A DNA stretch of 64,000 bases, taken from positions 489,164 through 553,163 of the forward strand of contig MNCI01000312.1 in NCBI GenBank assembly GCA_015680685.1. The letters are read 5' to 3'. The notes under the pieces are model-generated. The model did not search any database. It was not told where the DNA came from and saw only the letters and a list, made by a program, of their open reading frames with translations. Of the stretch, positions 14,501 to 28,100 are shown piece by piece. The position numbers and the translations under genes are program-made. The DNA is from Gnetum montanum. Lineage: Eukaryota; Plantae; Gnetophyta. Within the stretch, counting starts at the first letter, position 1, and the number at the start of each line of letters is the position of its first letter.

Positions 14501-15410
14501 ATTTTGGTCAGTGATAATGGAACCATTTATGGAGAGTTTATCTAAAGAGGGTGAAGGGGGGGATCGGTTAAGGTACTTAAAGAATTCCTTACAGTGCTCG
14601 TCTTGTATGTTTAGCCAAGTGAGTCGACTTTTAATCAAGGCACCTTGTGCCTTATATACTTCCCAATGTTGAAAGGCAATACGGGCTCTGGCAAGCTCCC
14701 CTTGAAGGTGACTATTGAAGGGATCATCAGTTAGTTTAGTCGTAAGGTGCTCAATGGTAGAGCATATGTTGGTGTACTCTTGCCTAGAGCGAGAGGCTAC
14801 TTCCTTACCAAAATGACGGGCGAAATTCCTAACTCTACTAGTAGTTCGAAGCCACCAGTGGATCCAACCCGTTGAACCTAAGGGTCTTGGTTCAGCATTC
14901 CAAAGGCTAGAAAGAAGTTGTTGGGCGGAAGGAGAAGAGAAACATTGGCTATGTAACCTAAAGAGATGATAATTCCGTCGTTGGTGGTCATTATGGATTT
15001 GCATAGATAAAGTAATAGGGAAATGATCAGATAAGGTTGCGTGTTGGTGGACTTTAGTAGTAGAAAGGGTCTGCCAAAAAGAAAGGGTGGAAAAGTAATA
15101 CCTATCTAGCCGACTATAAATGCAAGCCTGCCCCTTACGAAGATTGTTCCAAGTGAAGCTGTTTAGAGAGCCACTAGCAGTGTTTGCGATGCCGTCTGAA
15201 AGATAGAAACGTTTCTTAAAATTTGACCAGGCTTGAAATTCTTGATGCGGAAGTTGAGAGAAAACACCCCCGAGCTTGTCATGAGAGAATTCCATCATGT
15301 TAAAATCACCTCCAAAAATCCAAGGAATAGAAGGGAGGCTATGAGTGAGTTCATGCCACAGTTGGGCGCGTTCGATAGAGTCATTGGGGGCATAAATAGA
15401 ACAGACTCCG
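11580..15410 (-). mobile_element. Young 5'-truncated L1/Tx1-type LINE inserted in an LTR
   Basis: Open ORF2; ~270-bp 3' UTR with AATAAA; CpGs retained unlike the flanks; host LTR sequence on both sides. Confidence 0.92.
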
Positions 15411-15496
15411 ATATAAATAGAGATGCACCAATATAAATGTTGTAATGCAAATGTGATGTAGCACCTACGATATAGCATCTGCGATATCTCAACCAA
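11855..15496 (-). CDS. LINE ORF2p: partial APE endonuclease, reverse transcriptase and C-terminal zinc knuckle. The first ~29 codons are probably read-through from the host LTR
   Basis: IYAPN, GGDFN, SRLDR, SDHFP (endonuclease); KAPGYDG, WRPITLLN, LDYAKAYD, VRQGCPLAP, FADD (RT); CPLC...HVFWHC; 1213 aa with no stop. Confidence 0.93.
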   Translation of the reverse strand: MVEISQMLYRRCYITFALQHLYWCISIYIGVCSIYAPNDSIERAQLWHELTHSLPSIPWIFGGDFNMMEFSHDKLGGVFSQLPHQEFQAWSNFKKRFYLSDGIANTASGSLNSFTWNNLRKGQACIYSRLDRYYFSTLSFWQTLSTTKVHQHATLSDHFPITLSMQIHNDHQRRNYHLFRLHSQCFSSPSAQQLLSSLWNAEPRPLGSTGWIHWWLRTTSRVRNFARHFGKEVASRSRQEYTNICSTIEHLTTKLTDDPFNSHLQGELARARIAFQHWEVYKAQGALIKSRLTWLNIQDEHCKEFFKYLNRSPPSPSLDKLSINGSIITDQNSLLSYLKEHFEALFTTTPMDPASFAAATLNYPKLVNSSMLTILEADITPVELRQACFNLSPGKAPGYDGFPVEFFQKHWDLVGSDLFHVIKEATLTGSLGPILNQGIIRLLPKTGDPTCISNWRPITLLNVVYKIWAKCLALRLKKVLAFIISPQQTGFVPGRYILNNVVAAWEGLKWAEDEGQDILLMKLDYAKAYDNIKWDFIIQTMTKLGFGPKFIHMVECLFSDATARIATTFGITSPFSIHRSVRQGCPLAPYLFIIAADFLCHQISLDIQNNVLFGVPLSSPQHQLLNMHFADDSFFLIQNNADNVQCLLSRVEQYCSLSGSVINWRKSSVYSFTNNYSHLPNYSWKRTQDHEIIKLLGIPFRFRGPTSELWDQVIARIHRKMEKWKTKPLTLAGRYLICKSICASTHVYYSSCWAPSHASYQKLERLFRDFMWSSKDSQKGFHRVAWNIVTLPKNKGGLGLLNSFKQGLTLVAKWLVQHLDAPNIIGNLLQLRLRQAFPKNRSIWKGIHPVNWILSPHDIIIPGTHVFKSIWKAWQVLHSHVNWNNIHINPTLLSKICPWWLPLCPAPLATSNARVATIWFQKGVVSLSCLRLTNQWITWDMFENLYGASRIMHHCLDRLYHFIHQNLHVEASVPSLFHGLQWTNGSNLLPYKPHVPFQLLHDSSTIVNRCNRSWHKEESEQFWLSLFSRVWSLPTLPKIKQFLWCLLHQGLPIGKRREYLGISNPTCPLCGGPENFVHVFWHCPFAQSSWEWVSKVFPLCTFSHEDILFGFLATPSSDLLFLWKVIRPLVLYFIWKRRCTALFQNTNSSNSNHLNIMEKSQILRLVHFQILSHTSTLKLDTNQLFFCLQPWSKYTNSCTLSSLELLHRNVFSS

Positions 15497-18400
15497 CTAA
15501 TACACTTGATAAAATAATGATTCATCCTATTCCAATGATCCAACTACCTGACATATCAAGTCTCATTATACCCCCATGACTAACTAAAAACTTGTCCTCG
15601 AGTTATATATAAATGGACAAAGTTCCATTACAAAAATTGTGAGGTAACCACAACTAGATTGGCTACCATTACAAAATTAGAGTGTTTCATTACACAATGT
15701 TATTCAAGTGGATTTATTACAAAATTAAAAAAAAGACTATATAGATATTAAATTTTACAAAATCCCAAAAGGTTTTTTTTTTTTCAAAATATCTGCTAAA
15801 GATGAATCTTCTTGTTGTTGTTAATAGTGGTAGTTATTCCAACCTTGATTATTATGTTGATGCTTCTCTTTTATGTAAAAAATTTTTAAAGGATGGACTA
15901 AAATTTCTCCTCATCATACCATGGGTCCAATAAATATGTGGTGTTTGAGCTTTAATCCTTGTATATTCTACTATTTGTCCATGGTCATATCCTCCTCTTA
16001 GCCTCTTTTTCTTTCCTTGCAAGAGACCTTCAATCTTAGGCATTTCATTTGGCATCACCTAAAATCACCAAAGGATCAACATTATTTTTGATAATTTTTC
16101 ATTAATAATTAATCCTTTCTAAATCCTTAGCTAGCTTAAAATTAAAAAAATTTTGCATTTAGGTGTAAAGGAATTTCATAATAATGTTTTCCAAGGCTCT
16201 AATGTAACTAAAATCATCAAGTTGTTAAAGTTATTTTAATTATTTTTACTATTAGTTACCAAAATATTTAAAAAGAGGGAGCCAAAAAAATTTCAAAAAT
16301 TACATCTGTAGCCCCCATGATAAATGAACTTAACTTTGGAATCTCATAAGTTCTTGAACAACTAAAACCAAAGGTCTAGTTCATAAGATGGCTAAGACAA
16401 GTAGTTAATATTCATTGAAATTGATGAGAAGTAGTCCCAAAATCATGCAAAAAGTTCAAGAAGTTTCCCATGATATCTTGAAAGATGTGATGTTGGTTCA
16501 AATCCATGATCAACAAAAGTCATGAAAGTGGGTCCTTCCCAGAGTAGGCTCTTGCCATAAAGCCCTTGCCTAACCACTTTTTTAGATGTTCATGGGCACC
16601 TTCAAATTTAAATATAGATCATGCCTTTATTCCAAACAACATACAACCACCTTGCTTAGGATCCTACAGTATACTATACAGAACCATTAGAGTCATAATT
16701 GCATGTACCAATGAGATGAATAATGGGATGAGAAGGAATTGCAAACATTAGGTTCTTGTGTCAATTATGATAGGTTCTTATGTCAATTATGATTAAAATG
16801 ACCATCATACCTATATATCCAAGTTTTAGACCAATTTCATACCATTAACAATGGCCTCTCATTGATGTGCCCCTTCATGCCCACCATCATGAGTTCACAA
16901 CAACCATAGAGAATGAACTTCACTCCAAAAAGAGAAGAATAAAGGAAGGAAGAGCCTTAGTTAGAGGAGTATCTTCAAGCATGGGTAACATGTCTTTCCA
17001 ACCCTATAACTAGTTTTGTAGCCCATTATGAGGTCTAAGGGATGTGCTTTGAATTCCCATTGTTTGTTTTTTTGTTTTTTGTTTTTTATTTTTTTCTTTT
17101 TCTCTCTTTTTCTTTTTTTCAATTTATGTTTTTTATTTTTCTTTATTCTTGTTTTTTTCATGGAAATCACACCATGCAAAGACATTTTTCCTATTTATTA
17201 GTAAATGATAGGAGTGATGATATGTTCCATGAGAAGCATAGACCACAAGAAGAAAGCTAAGAATAAAATCAACAAATCTCCTTGAGGTCACACCCTTTGC
17301 CATTCCCACTTGGTCTTTTCCTCTTTCCTAAAGGAACAAAGATATATAATTAATTTTATTTTTGTATGAGAAGAACCATATTGTTTTCATAATAAAGAAA
17401 TTTTATTTAGAGAAATTGGAGGGATGAGTGATGTGGTCTCACTACAATATCTAATTATTTACCCGATCATCTTGATAGCATAGAACAAAGACCCAACACA
17501 TAGCATCGACTTTTGCATCATGATTGGTAACATCATTATTAGCAAATACATGGTAGACATTCATAAAACATGAAGGAAATGAAGAAAAGATAAAATTATA
17601 AAGAAAAGAAAAATAACAAGAAATGGAAAACATGTTAAGAATTGGAAAATTTTGAAGAAATAGAAAAATGATAAAAAATTGTAAAAAAAAAAGATAAAAA
17701 TACACTTATTATTTCTTGACTCAAGATGAGCATCTCCCCCATGGCTAAACTTACAAACGAGCATTTCGAAAATGGACTACATTTTCCCTTGGTTATACAT
17801 CATAAGTTTTCCATTTATCATCTTTAGTTATTTAATTGTTTTCTTAGTAGCACATTTAACATTGGTGTTAATCATGTTTTGATCATTTGGAGACATATCT
17901 TTAGTTAGAATAGAAGGTGTTTCCTTTTTAGAGGGTCTAGATATGTTTCCCTTATTTTCTATTTTAATTCTTATGTCTCCTTGTTTAACATCTTCTTTTG
18001 ATGTATAGTTAGAGTGTAAGATATTCCTCTCTAAATATTCTATTTGGCTCATTTTCTTAGGACAAGAACTAATAAGTGGGTTGGATGTTTTTTTACATCT
18101 ATTGAGCAATCTGGTATTCTCATTCTTGAGCCACATGGTGTCTTTTGGTTTAGTGGCTATTGTGTAGATTGGTTTTGCACATACACTTATTTCTCAAGTT
18201 TTTTTGTCGGTTGATATAAAGATCGTGTTAATACTTTGAACTTTAGGCCCACAATCACATCCTTTATCATTATTAGTAATGTATATAATTTTATATCTAT
18301 CCATAGTGATAGGGTCATATTTTATGCTTTGTGTTGCAGTGGTGATGATTATTGGCTTTTGCGTAGGATTAGGAAACACTATTTTTATGAGAAGGGGGTT

Positions 18401-19399
18401 GCACTAGCTTGTCCTTGTGCTAGTTATGATGAGGTAGCGGGTCTACTAGTTTGATTCACATGTGTGGGAACTATCCTAAAGAAAGGACATTTTTTAGGCT
18501 TGTTCTAAGATCTACTAACATTATCATTTACTTGTATGTTCATGACATATGTGACATTCTTCTATTAAGGTATTGTTAATGGCGACATGTTGGAGGAAAG
18601 TATGAAAGTATTGAGGATGTGATGGATGCTAAGAGACATGAGATGGTGATATTGTAGGAGATGCTATGGGTTGATCGTATTTAGGAGAGTAGTAATAATG
18701 AGTTGAGGAAGTGGAAGTAGAACCATTATGAGTAATAGGTTGTTGAACATAATATCCATAAGATTTTAGCTGACTATAAGAGTATTTCTTGTTAGTTGAT
18801 GGCATCCCTCAGGACTATGGGTTTTTCCACTATTGCCAATGGTAGTCATGAGGTTGATAAGAAGTCCCATTGTGATAGTATTGTTGATTGTAGGACTGTT
18901 TATAATTACCTTGTGGATAAGGCAATTTCTTAGGCATTTGCTTTTCTACAAACTTTGAATTCAAAGCAAAAGCTTGAGACACTTATATATGTAACATAAT
19001 TGGGCAATAATCCTTTGGATGTTTGTATTGGAAAATGTCACATCCTTCCTCTTCCTCTGTATCTAATTTTGCAACCTCTTCTACTATAGCTATTTTTCCT
19101 TTTTTCCAATAAGTATCCTTAGCTATTTCCTTGTTCTCTTTCCTTTTCTTGTTTATATCACTTGATCCTATTTTCTTTACATTCTCATCTATGATTTTCA
19201 TATTAGTTGAAATGTTTTTATTCATCAACTCCCATTTCTTATCTATCCTTTCTTCAATCTTAGTCATATAATTTTTTATCAATAAGGTTTTGTGTGAAAT
19301 CAACTCATAAAGAACTACCTCTTTTTCCTGATCCTAAATATGAACCTCCCTTTTGTGAAAAGTTGGTTTCAATTATATTTCTCTACACTTTCCCTTTTA

Positions 19400-20502
19400 C
19401 ATAGCTCTTCTTCTTTTGCCACTTGCTTAATTAGCCTTCATATTCGATGGACTCTCAATTTTGATAATCTTCCTTAGGCATAGATCCTAAGGATCTCCCT
19501 TATTTTGTTACAAAGCCCATCTATGATGGCACGAAGTTTCTCTCCTTGAGAAAATCTATGGCCTAGGCATCTATGTACTAGAAAATAGTATCTATCCAAG
19601 ATTGCATCAAGGAGGTCATGGTTTTCTTATTTTCACCCTTGGATTTATTTTCTTATATTAGACACTCTTGAATAGGTTTGGTATTTTTCATTAAAGAGCT
19701 TAAGCATTGTGGATCACTAGTAGATTGAATCTGATTCCAATGATCTATACCAACTTTTAGCTTCTTCTATTAGTTTTTTGGGAAAGATCTTAAGTTTTTA
19801 TCACTTGCATTCAATGTTTTGTAAGGTGCAGGCATCATGGAAGGCTTGTAAATGATGTTGTGGATCAAAATTATAGTCTCCCTCAAATTTACAAATGTTA
19901 TTCATACCAAGCCATTTGATGTGAATTTCCCTCTAATGCTTGTGGGGTATTCTAACTATCTCCTTGATTTGTATCATGCTTCTAGTAGCCAACAAGGGTT
20001 CATCATCATTAGACATATCATAGTGATAATTTCTATTTTTATTTATTTTTTTATGATCATCTCATCTATGCTTCATTTGATACCTTGTATCTTATCTTTG
20101 ATGTTCATTTCTATATTTATTTCAACCCCTTAATGTATCTCTATCATGATACCTACATTCATCTTTATTAGAACTAGACATTAAAGATGAAGAGGAAGAT
20201 GGTAAACTGGGAGAATTGTCATGGAGCCCATATCTCCCCCTATGATCCCTTGATTCATCTCTTCTAGGTTTGGAGGAGGTCCTAGGCCTTGAAGCCTTGC
20301 TTATTCTCAAATTGGTTCCATCCCCTTTTGGACTATCTGTGATAGTTGAACATAGTTCTTGAATATAGTAAAGGTTAAAATGAGCATATGAGACTTTTTC
20401 TTGTAGTGTTTCACTCCAATTCTCTTCAATATAGATCCTATCATTACTACTATTAGTGTTTTCATCATGTGATGGACTATAGACCCTATGTGAAAGAGAC
20501 AT
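19400..20502 (-). pseudogene. gag: Decayed gag of the old Athila-like element
   Basis: Minus strand reads KFEGDYNFDPQHHLQAFHDACT...KLKIFP...AKSWYRSL...LFNEKY, which aligns with the gag at 40680-41438. Confidence 0.8.
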
Positions 20503-23279
20503 GTTCTTAATTAATAATGTGTATGTAACCTAAAATATTAATATTTTCTAAAATATAAATCACTAATGATTTTACAATGATTTATTATGATATAACTAAT
20601 CTAGATTTACTAGCACCATTTCTAGTAATGGCAATAATAATGAGTAGTAGGTATTACCTATGCTCAACCATACAAATCATAAGCATGTATGCATGATCCA
20701 CTTGAATTCCATGGATGGAACTAGTGTGGTATCTAGATTTTTAATCATTGATTGTAGGTCATTATCATCTCACTTGGACCAATGGTAGCTTTATCTTATA
20801 TTATTTAGTCCAAAGTCAAACACATGATTATTGATGTTGTTAGGGCCTTAAAATAACTGAATAATAACATAGAAATTAATTATTTAATCTAATTAATAAT
20901 AAAATTAATTCTTAAACTATCCTAAGGATGATAAGTGTCTATTCCTAGCTTTTTGTACATGTTCTAAACTCACATATCCACTACTAGGATTACCAAGTGT
21001 TATGCTATTGGGCAAACCAAACAATAACAATGCTAGGATTACCAAGCAAATATGTGTTTACACTTGAAACTAGTCATGCTCATTCTACTAATTGATCAAT
21101 GTGCATGGGAATATAAATATTAAATAAGTACATAGAAAGTAAATTGGATTAAAAGTAAACCTATTCTAAGTCAAAATGCTACAATGAAAATGAATCAATC
21201 TCAATCTTATTTTCTTTCATGAAATGTGTCTAGGTATAATGCCACTTGAATAAGACACCATACAATTGACTCAAATCCACACTATAGATACTTTCTAGCT
21301 ATTTGTTAAGATTAGAGAATAATGTTGCAAGAGTTCAACTATACTATCGATCAAATTGTGCCAAATACATGGTGGGTGCTCCCTTATTTATAGGCATATA
21401 CAGGCATGACATCAATAGGGATTCGTTAATGTATTTTGTTGTATCAACAAGGATGCATTAATGGGGCTATGTCGATGAGGATGCATTGACATAGGTAAGT
21501 TATAGCAGATGTGATATAGCATTTATGATGTAGCAGCTAATTGAAATGAATTGACAGGAATGCTACAATGCAGATGTGATGTAGCATCTATGATATCTTA
21601 GCTGACTAATACACTTAATAAAATGGTGCTTCATCCTAAGCCAACAACCTAGCTACCTAAGATATCAAGTCTCATCAGACATGAATGCTTGTGATTCATA
21701 TGGTTGAGTGTAGGGAATACTCACTACTCATCAAATAACAATAATATTCTAAAATTCATAATATAATTTGTATATCTTATACAATAGTAAAGATTAAGGA
21801 AGCATCATTTGTATATAGAATAAGATTCACTACTTGGGATCCAACTTTGTTAGTGTTACTATCTTACCCAAGGTATTTAGAGTTCCAAGTGAACAACTTA
21901 AAAAATCCCAACATGTAATCATTAAGTTTGAGTTAAAGAAAGAGTAACAAAAATTTCTTTTTGAAAGAAATTTAAGGTGATAGTCCAAAAAATGTCATTT
22001 TAAGCAAATTTTAGACCTTTTTAATTTGAAACTTGTGTGTTGAATTATTAAATTTTCTTTTTTTTTTCAATAATTCTCTCTTTGATTTCTAGCATTTGGA
22101 ATAGGGTTTAGTAACTTTAGGATAAGTTATTTTCTCAACAAATAGAAATTGAATGATAGCTTATTTTTTCTTTCTTGTATGATTGAATAGATCTTTTAAG
22201 TATTTATTTTGAGTTGAATTTAGCTTAATTAGATGTTATTATCATAATGGTTTGAATTAATTTTTCATTATCAAATCTTTAAAAGCATGGCTCTTTTTAT
22301 CGTTCTTGTAATTATCTAATTGGAAAGGAACATAGGAAAATGATTTAAAATTTTTTCTTTAGTATCTCATTAAAAAGCTAATATTTTGTTGTTCAAGTTT
22401 GTTTTTCTTAAATGATTAGAAAACTAAGAAATTGATAATTATTCCATCATTAAAGGAAGCTCAATTTTTCTTATAGTTCCTAACTAAAAGGATGCTTTTT
22501 TTCTTTTTTTTTTTTGCTATTCCAACATTTGGTTATAATCTTGTATATCTTTACTTTAACATATCATTGATATAACACTTAGTAATATTGAACTTAGCAT
22601 ACATTATATCATTGCCTCTTAATACTAGCTATAGCTATCTTGTAATATCCATGCCTTAGTGGTATTAGGAACTAGAAACCACATAAAAATAAGTTTTATA
22701 AGGAGTCCTCTAGTGGCTGTGAACAAAATTATGCCTAACACATCCTTCCTTCAAGGCTAACAATCATGGGTTAATTTCAGTTTTAAGTATGATAACAATC
22801 ACACTTATCTAGTGATAAGGACATTATTAATAGAAATGAAAGGATGGATGATTTGATCTCACTACTTTGCAAAATTAATCCTTTAATAATTTGATATTAT
22901 AGAACAAAATTTCAATAATGAAGTTAACTCCTACACATAAGTGACAATTTTTTTAACAAAAGTATTGAAATTATTTGCAACGTAGATAGAAACAACTCAA
23001 AGAAAGTAGAAAGTAAAAAATAAAAAATACATTAAGAAATAAAAACTCATATAATATAAAGAAATGTAAAACATATAAAAAAGTGTAAATTAAAAAGTGA
23101 AAAATTTCCTTATAAAATTTTTAAGTTGAATGGGTATCTACCATATGAATAAGGTTCATCATGAAGATACAAAAGATGGAATAGGTCTTAGCCTTAGTAG
23201 AAGTTAAGAATGAGTTGGTCACTACATGGGAGTGTTTAAGTGTTTTAATTTATTATGTGTTAACTAAAATGAGTTTTTG

Positions 23280-25100
23280 TGGGTAGGTAGGATGGTATAT
23301 TTTTTGAGCTTCAACCTCAAAGATAGGAAGGCTAATATAAGGTCTTTTTAATAATGTTTAAAATTTGATGCATTATGGCACATGAGTGGGATTTCAATAT
23401 AGTATCTAATATTATAGTTTAAATTTTTCACATCAAATTTTACCATCATAAAATTGCATAGTATGCCCTTTCTAAATCTCATTTATCATTAGTACTATTC
23501 TTCAATTCTCATCTACTATATTAAGATTCATTAAATGTTCTTTTATGCTAAGCTAATGTCAAGATCAAGCTCATAGGTTGTATTTAATATTAAGAGTTTC
23601 TTTTGAATGGGTATTTTAAGTAACTTACCATACAGTAATTCATATGTAGAATAACCTACAAAAATTTTTCACATGGAGCATTAAGCCCATAAAGCATCAT
23701 TTAGTTTCATGCTTCGATCATTCCTAAATTTTCTAATAGTTATTGTAAGGATACTTGTAATTGTTTTTACTAGTTACTTATTCTTAACAATTCTCTTGGG
23801 GATGATAAGGTATTATTAATTTATGCACAATCCCTAAACATTGCATTAGTTTTTTGAAGATAGCACCCATGAAATAGATATCATTATCTAAGACAAGTAT
23901 CCTAGGAGTACCACCTATTGCTAAAATAACTTCACAATTGTTGCCATGGTACACTTAGAAACTATAGCAACAAGTTCTAGATCATGCATTTGGTATATGA
24001 TCTTATCAGGTTTCACTTTCTAGAAGCATAAGTCATCACCTTTTCTTCTTATAGAAGAACTCCTCCAAATCCTTCTCTTCAAGAATCTATGTAGATATCA
24101 TAAGGCTTCCCAAGAGTTGGTGAGATTAAAATAGATGTTGTGATTAATATCTTCTTTAATATCTCAAAATAATTTTGATAAGTATCACTCAAACTAGATA
24201 CATAATCTTTCACTTGCAACTTATGTAGGACTATTGTTGTCTTAGAGAAGTCCTTCACAAGCCTCCTATAATAGCATGCTAGATCCATGAAGCTTCTAGC
24301 TTAATTAACTATGATTAAAATGGGCTAATTCTTAATCACTAATACCTTAAAATGGTTTATTTCTATTTCTACTTTGAATACAACATCACCAAGAAACTAT
24401 ATCTCTTTCTTCCAAAAGGCACACTTAAAAGGATATGCAAAATGTTATTATTCTCTCAAAGATTGTAGCACTATTCTCAAATGTTTCTCATAATTCTCTT
24501 TATCTATAGAGTAGACCAAAATTTCATCAATAAAAAAATAGTAAATTGATTTAAGTAAAAATTTAGTAAACTATTCAGCAAGTGCATGAAAATTAGTGTA
24601 GGATTAGTAAGTCAAAAGATCATGGCTAAGAACTCATAATATCCATACCTTATCATAAAGGATTACTAAGGTACATCCTCTTCTTTAATCCTAACTTTGT
24701 AGTACTCAAATTTTAAATATACCATAAAGAACACTTTAGCTTCTCTTAATTGCTTAAAGATCATCAATTATGGGTAGATGATATTAATTCCTAACTATCA
24801 CCTACTTTAACTATCTATAGTCAATGCACAATCTTAAGCTATCATCGTTCTTCTTAAAATAGAGCATTGAAACATCCCAAGGTGAAACTCTAAGTCTAAT
24901 TAATCCCTTATTCATGAAATCTTGAATCTCTATGCTAAGATTCATAAGTTTCATGAGAGAAATCCTATGAGATACCTAGAAAATTACTAAGTTTCCAACC
25001 TTGAAAGAGATCTAAAACTCAATCTCTCTATTATGAGGCATCTCAGGAAGTTCCCTCTTAAATAGTTAATTATATTTAACAAATTTGACTTCATAAATTT
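23280..25100 (-). pseudogene. Decayed, internally deleted chromovirus-like Ty3/gypsy pol (RT, RNase H start, integrase tail)
   Basis: LACYYRRLVKDFSK...YIDS (24079-24288); HDLEL motif ~23975; RT-like sequence 24350-24900; integrase-like GTPRILV.DND ~23890. Confidence 0.75.
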
Positions 25101-26399
25101 ATTCAATATCATAACCTAGTTTGTAATGAATCAAAGGATTGTAACAAATATCATGATAGATCTTCTTCATGTTCTCTAGCAAGGTGCAATGGTGGAATTT
25201 AATGGAAATAACATCTTGAGTTGACAAAGGCTACCAAACATTTTAGACATGTATGAGTATGTTTAACATGTTTCAAAGATAGAAAATAAATTTTAGACTA
25301 GTAAAATTGGATAGCTAGCCATGGTATAGTTGGCTTCAAAGCTCAACTATCAACTTTAGTGCAATATAGTCAATATTAATAAGGTTTTTCTTAATACATG
25401 ATCTTGTTGGTGAACACTTTGTATAACCTTTTTAATCATCAATGTTATTGGTTTTGGTTTAGTAACTAAAACCACCTAATTATGGATTCTTTCAAACTTG
25501 AATTTTAACACTTTCTAGTCTCTAGTATCACTAGGGCTTGGATACCTTTAAATAAAACTTAGGAGCTACATGAACAATGTGTTTTTATATTTACACTTAA
25601 TATAATTATTATACTATCTTATCATTTTAATAACAAATCATATTTTTAAAGAAAGATTCAACTTTCAAAAATTTATTCTAAGCCAAAATATTTTCCAAGT
25701 TTTTCAGAGCAACCTAGTCTATATGGTACTGATCACACGTTACTTATACCCATTATTCTTTCATTCAATGTTTAAAAGAAATTATACAAATCTACTACCA
25801 ATCTTCCTTGGATAAAATTCCACAAGAAAAATAAAAATAGAGAAATATTCAATGGGTTTGTAACATAAAATAGTATAGTCACATGAAATCTTAAATACTG
25901 AAATGAGATATCATGAATATGAAAGAACACTCTGAAATATGAAGTCATCTTAATCAATCAATGATAACAAAAATTACGAAACCCTTGGCTATGACAAATG
26001 ATTTAGACAATTCCAAGAAATGAATGCAAGGTATGTTATGATTTTTACCACTAGCTAAGACAATGATAAAAAGGAAAAACAAAGATAACTCATAGATTAG
26101 AGGAAAAAGATGAATCAAATCTTACTTTAAAATACCATTGTATAAAATCCATCAATAATACCTTTAGGATTCTTTCTCCCTCCTCCTCTCTTTTATAAAA
26201 ATGAACCCTATCTTTATATATCAAGATAGAATTGAATTAGTTATAGTGGTAAAGAAGTTATAAAAAATAGTTATTAGGATAAACTACTGGTCACTATTTT
26301 CTCAAAAGCATCTTTAATGAACTGTACATGCACTAACTACTACTAAGTCTCTATCACTATTGGAATTTCTACTAGGAACGCATTGGCATGTTCTTCCTC

Positions 26400-28100
26400 T
26401 CTCTAAACTAGGTACTTGTAGTAACTTTGTATATATAACAACAATAGTGCTTTAGTCACTTCCTTTGTTTCAAGGGTAGAAATTGACTACACTATTTTTT
26501 CTCCTAACTATTCATCATCATTTACCTCTGTTGTATCAATGCTATTAGCTATATTCTTATCACACTCCTAAATATCCTAAAATTTTACATCTAGATCTTC
26601 CCTAACTTTTCGAATTCATTAAACTAGATGCATGCCATCATTCATGACATCATCAAGAAATACAACCTCTTGTTCAGGTAACTAATCCCTCTTTGCATTG
26701 GTCCAGTCTATAAATTCAATGGTTTTAGCTTGCTCAAAAGGTTCTCTCATGCCTTAAATTTCATTAATGTTAGCTAAGATTGCTTCTACTTATTTCTTCA
26801 TGGCCATTAATTCATTTATAACAAATTTAAAGTTGGCCTCTTGTCTTAAGCTATCATTTGAGATCTTGTTATTCCTTTTTTCCAATTTTTACTATAATTC
26901 TACATTTTTCATTTTCAGCACTTCTATGTTGGCTTCCTTGATTTGAGCAATCTTAATTTGATATTTATATTTCTTCATTAGTATTTTAAATTCTAATTCC
27001 ATTAAAAGATGTTGACTTTTCAAATTGTTAATTTCTTACTGTGGATCTCTAATGATGTCATTAGCAATTTTTGAATAGTCCACAATAATAGCTAACAAAT
27101 TTTCTACTAAATCATGGGGTGGCATAGCTATTTTTGTTTTGTTTGTTTCTCAATCTATAGTCTTATACTAAAATATAACAAATTTTTCAGCTCCTAGCCT
27201 TTCTAAATGATATTTTTTAAACATTAGTCTTCCTTTAGTAGTCTTCACTTTCATTAATTCTTGCCCTCCTTTGATGATGTACTTTGATGGAAAATCAAGT
27301 AATGTTAAGCCCTTTTGAGATGTCAAAGGAAAAGAGCTAGTGTTAATTATGTTTGGAAATAAAGGATCCTTTTCAAGTTGTAGTGTTTTTTGGCTAGAGA
27401 GAGATTTAAATTTCCTTATTCTTCATTGTTTGATCTCTTTATGTTAAGTAAAGTCTTCTAGATCTAAAGCTTCATCAGGCTTATCAATCTACCATGAGAA
27501 ATAATTATCCTTCATTTTATTTAATTATTCTTGATTGAACCATTTGGCCAAAATCAAACTATCATCTCTAAACTATCCTCTAGTAAATAATTCCTTTCTT
27601 GAATATTGCTCTTTTGGTAGAATGATGGAAAGAGTCCTTTGAAGTTCACCCTTTGCTTGCTATTTGGCCATATTTACCAATTTATCATTTATCAAGGAAT
27701 AGATAGCATCATTTTCATGGTGATCATGGGCCATTCTAAAATTCTTTTTAGGATTAAAGAACCTATGCCTTGCTTCTAAAAATATTCTCCTTTTAAATTT
27801 GGCTTCTATGTTCATCATATAAGGGGCATTCTCAAAATACCAAAAGCTGATTTGTAGTGAAATTCTTGATCTGCCATGTAGTCATGTCACAATGGGCTAT
27901 TTTGTAGTTCGTTCCCATTTTAGAGCTACTGAATAGGAAGCCATAAATGAAGGCAATTTTCTTGGCCTTCCTTCAAATCCTCCTATAACAATTTCTATGT
28001 AGTGGACATGGAAAAAGACTCCTCCTTTGCACTTGGCCTTGATTTCCTCTACCACAACTTGCTTAACCCTTGGTACAACTTTGTTTGTTAGAAATTAACA
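26400..28100 (-). pseudogene. Highly decayed ORF, possibly a retrotransposon accessory ORF (plant-mobile-domain-like plus coiled coil)
   Basis: Coding-like purine bias on the minus strand; fragments such as FWYFENAPY and KKIAFIYGFLF; Glu/Lys-rich tail. Family assignment is a guess. Confidence 0.3.

Larger units (their letters stand above)
10685..21677 (-). mobile_element. Old pol-less (gag-only) Athila-like LTR retrotransposon; 5' LTR 20638-21677; 3' LTR 10685-15568, interrupted by a LINE
   Basis: Termini t(g/a)atgag...ctcat(c/t)a on both LTRs; PPT 15569-15580; decayed PBS context matching 40550-40577; gag homologous to 40680-41438; no RT or integrase motifs inside; TSD not cleanly preserved. 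Confidence 0.85.
8560..21733 (+). mobile_element. 3' part of an old Athila-like element. Its 3' LTR (9734-10684 + 21678-21733) is split by an opposite-strand insertion of the same family
   Basis: PPT context aactcaaggacaagttttt...atgggggta matches 47228-47262; LTR end tatggttgagtgtaggg...ctcatca resumes after 21677; internal 8560-9480 is homologous to 17600-18470 on the minus strand (ORFs 8866-9174 and 17828-18136 are similar). Confidence 0.8.

Noticed and set aside
15410-15496. LTR-LINE in-frame fusion as a domesticated gene
   Set aside because: The start is TTG, the host LTR's TATA box lies downstream of the LINE, and a short open extension is expected by chance
16961-17764. Phe-rich or Lys-rich short ORFs resembling membrane peptides
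   Set aside because: Translations of T-rich or A-rich low-complexity UTR sequence
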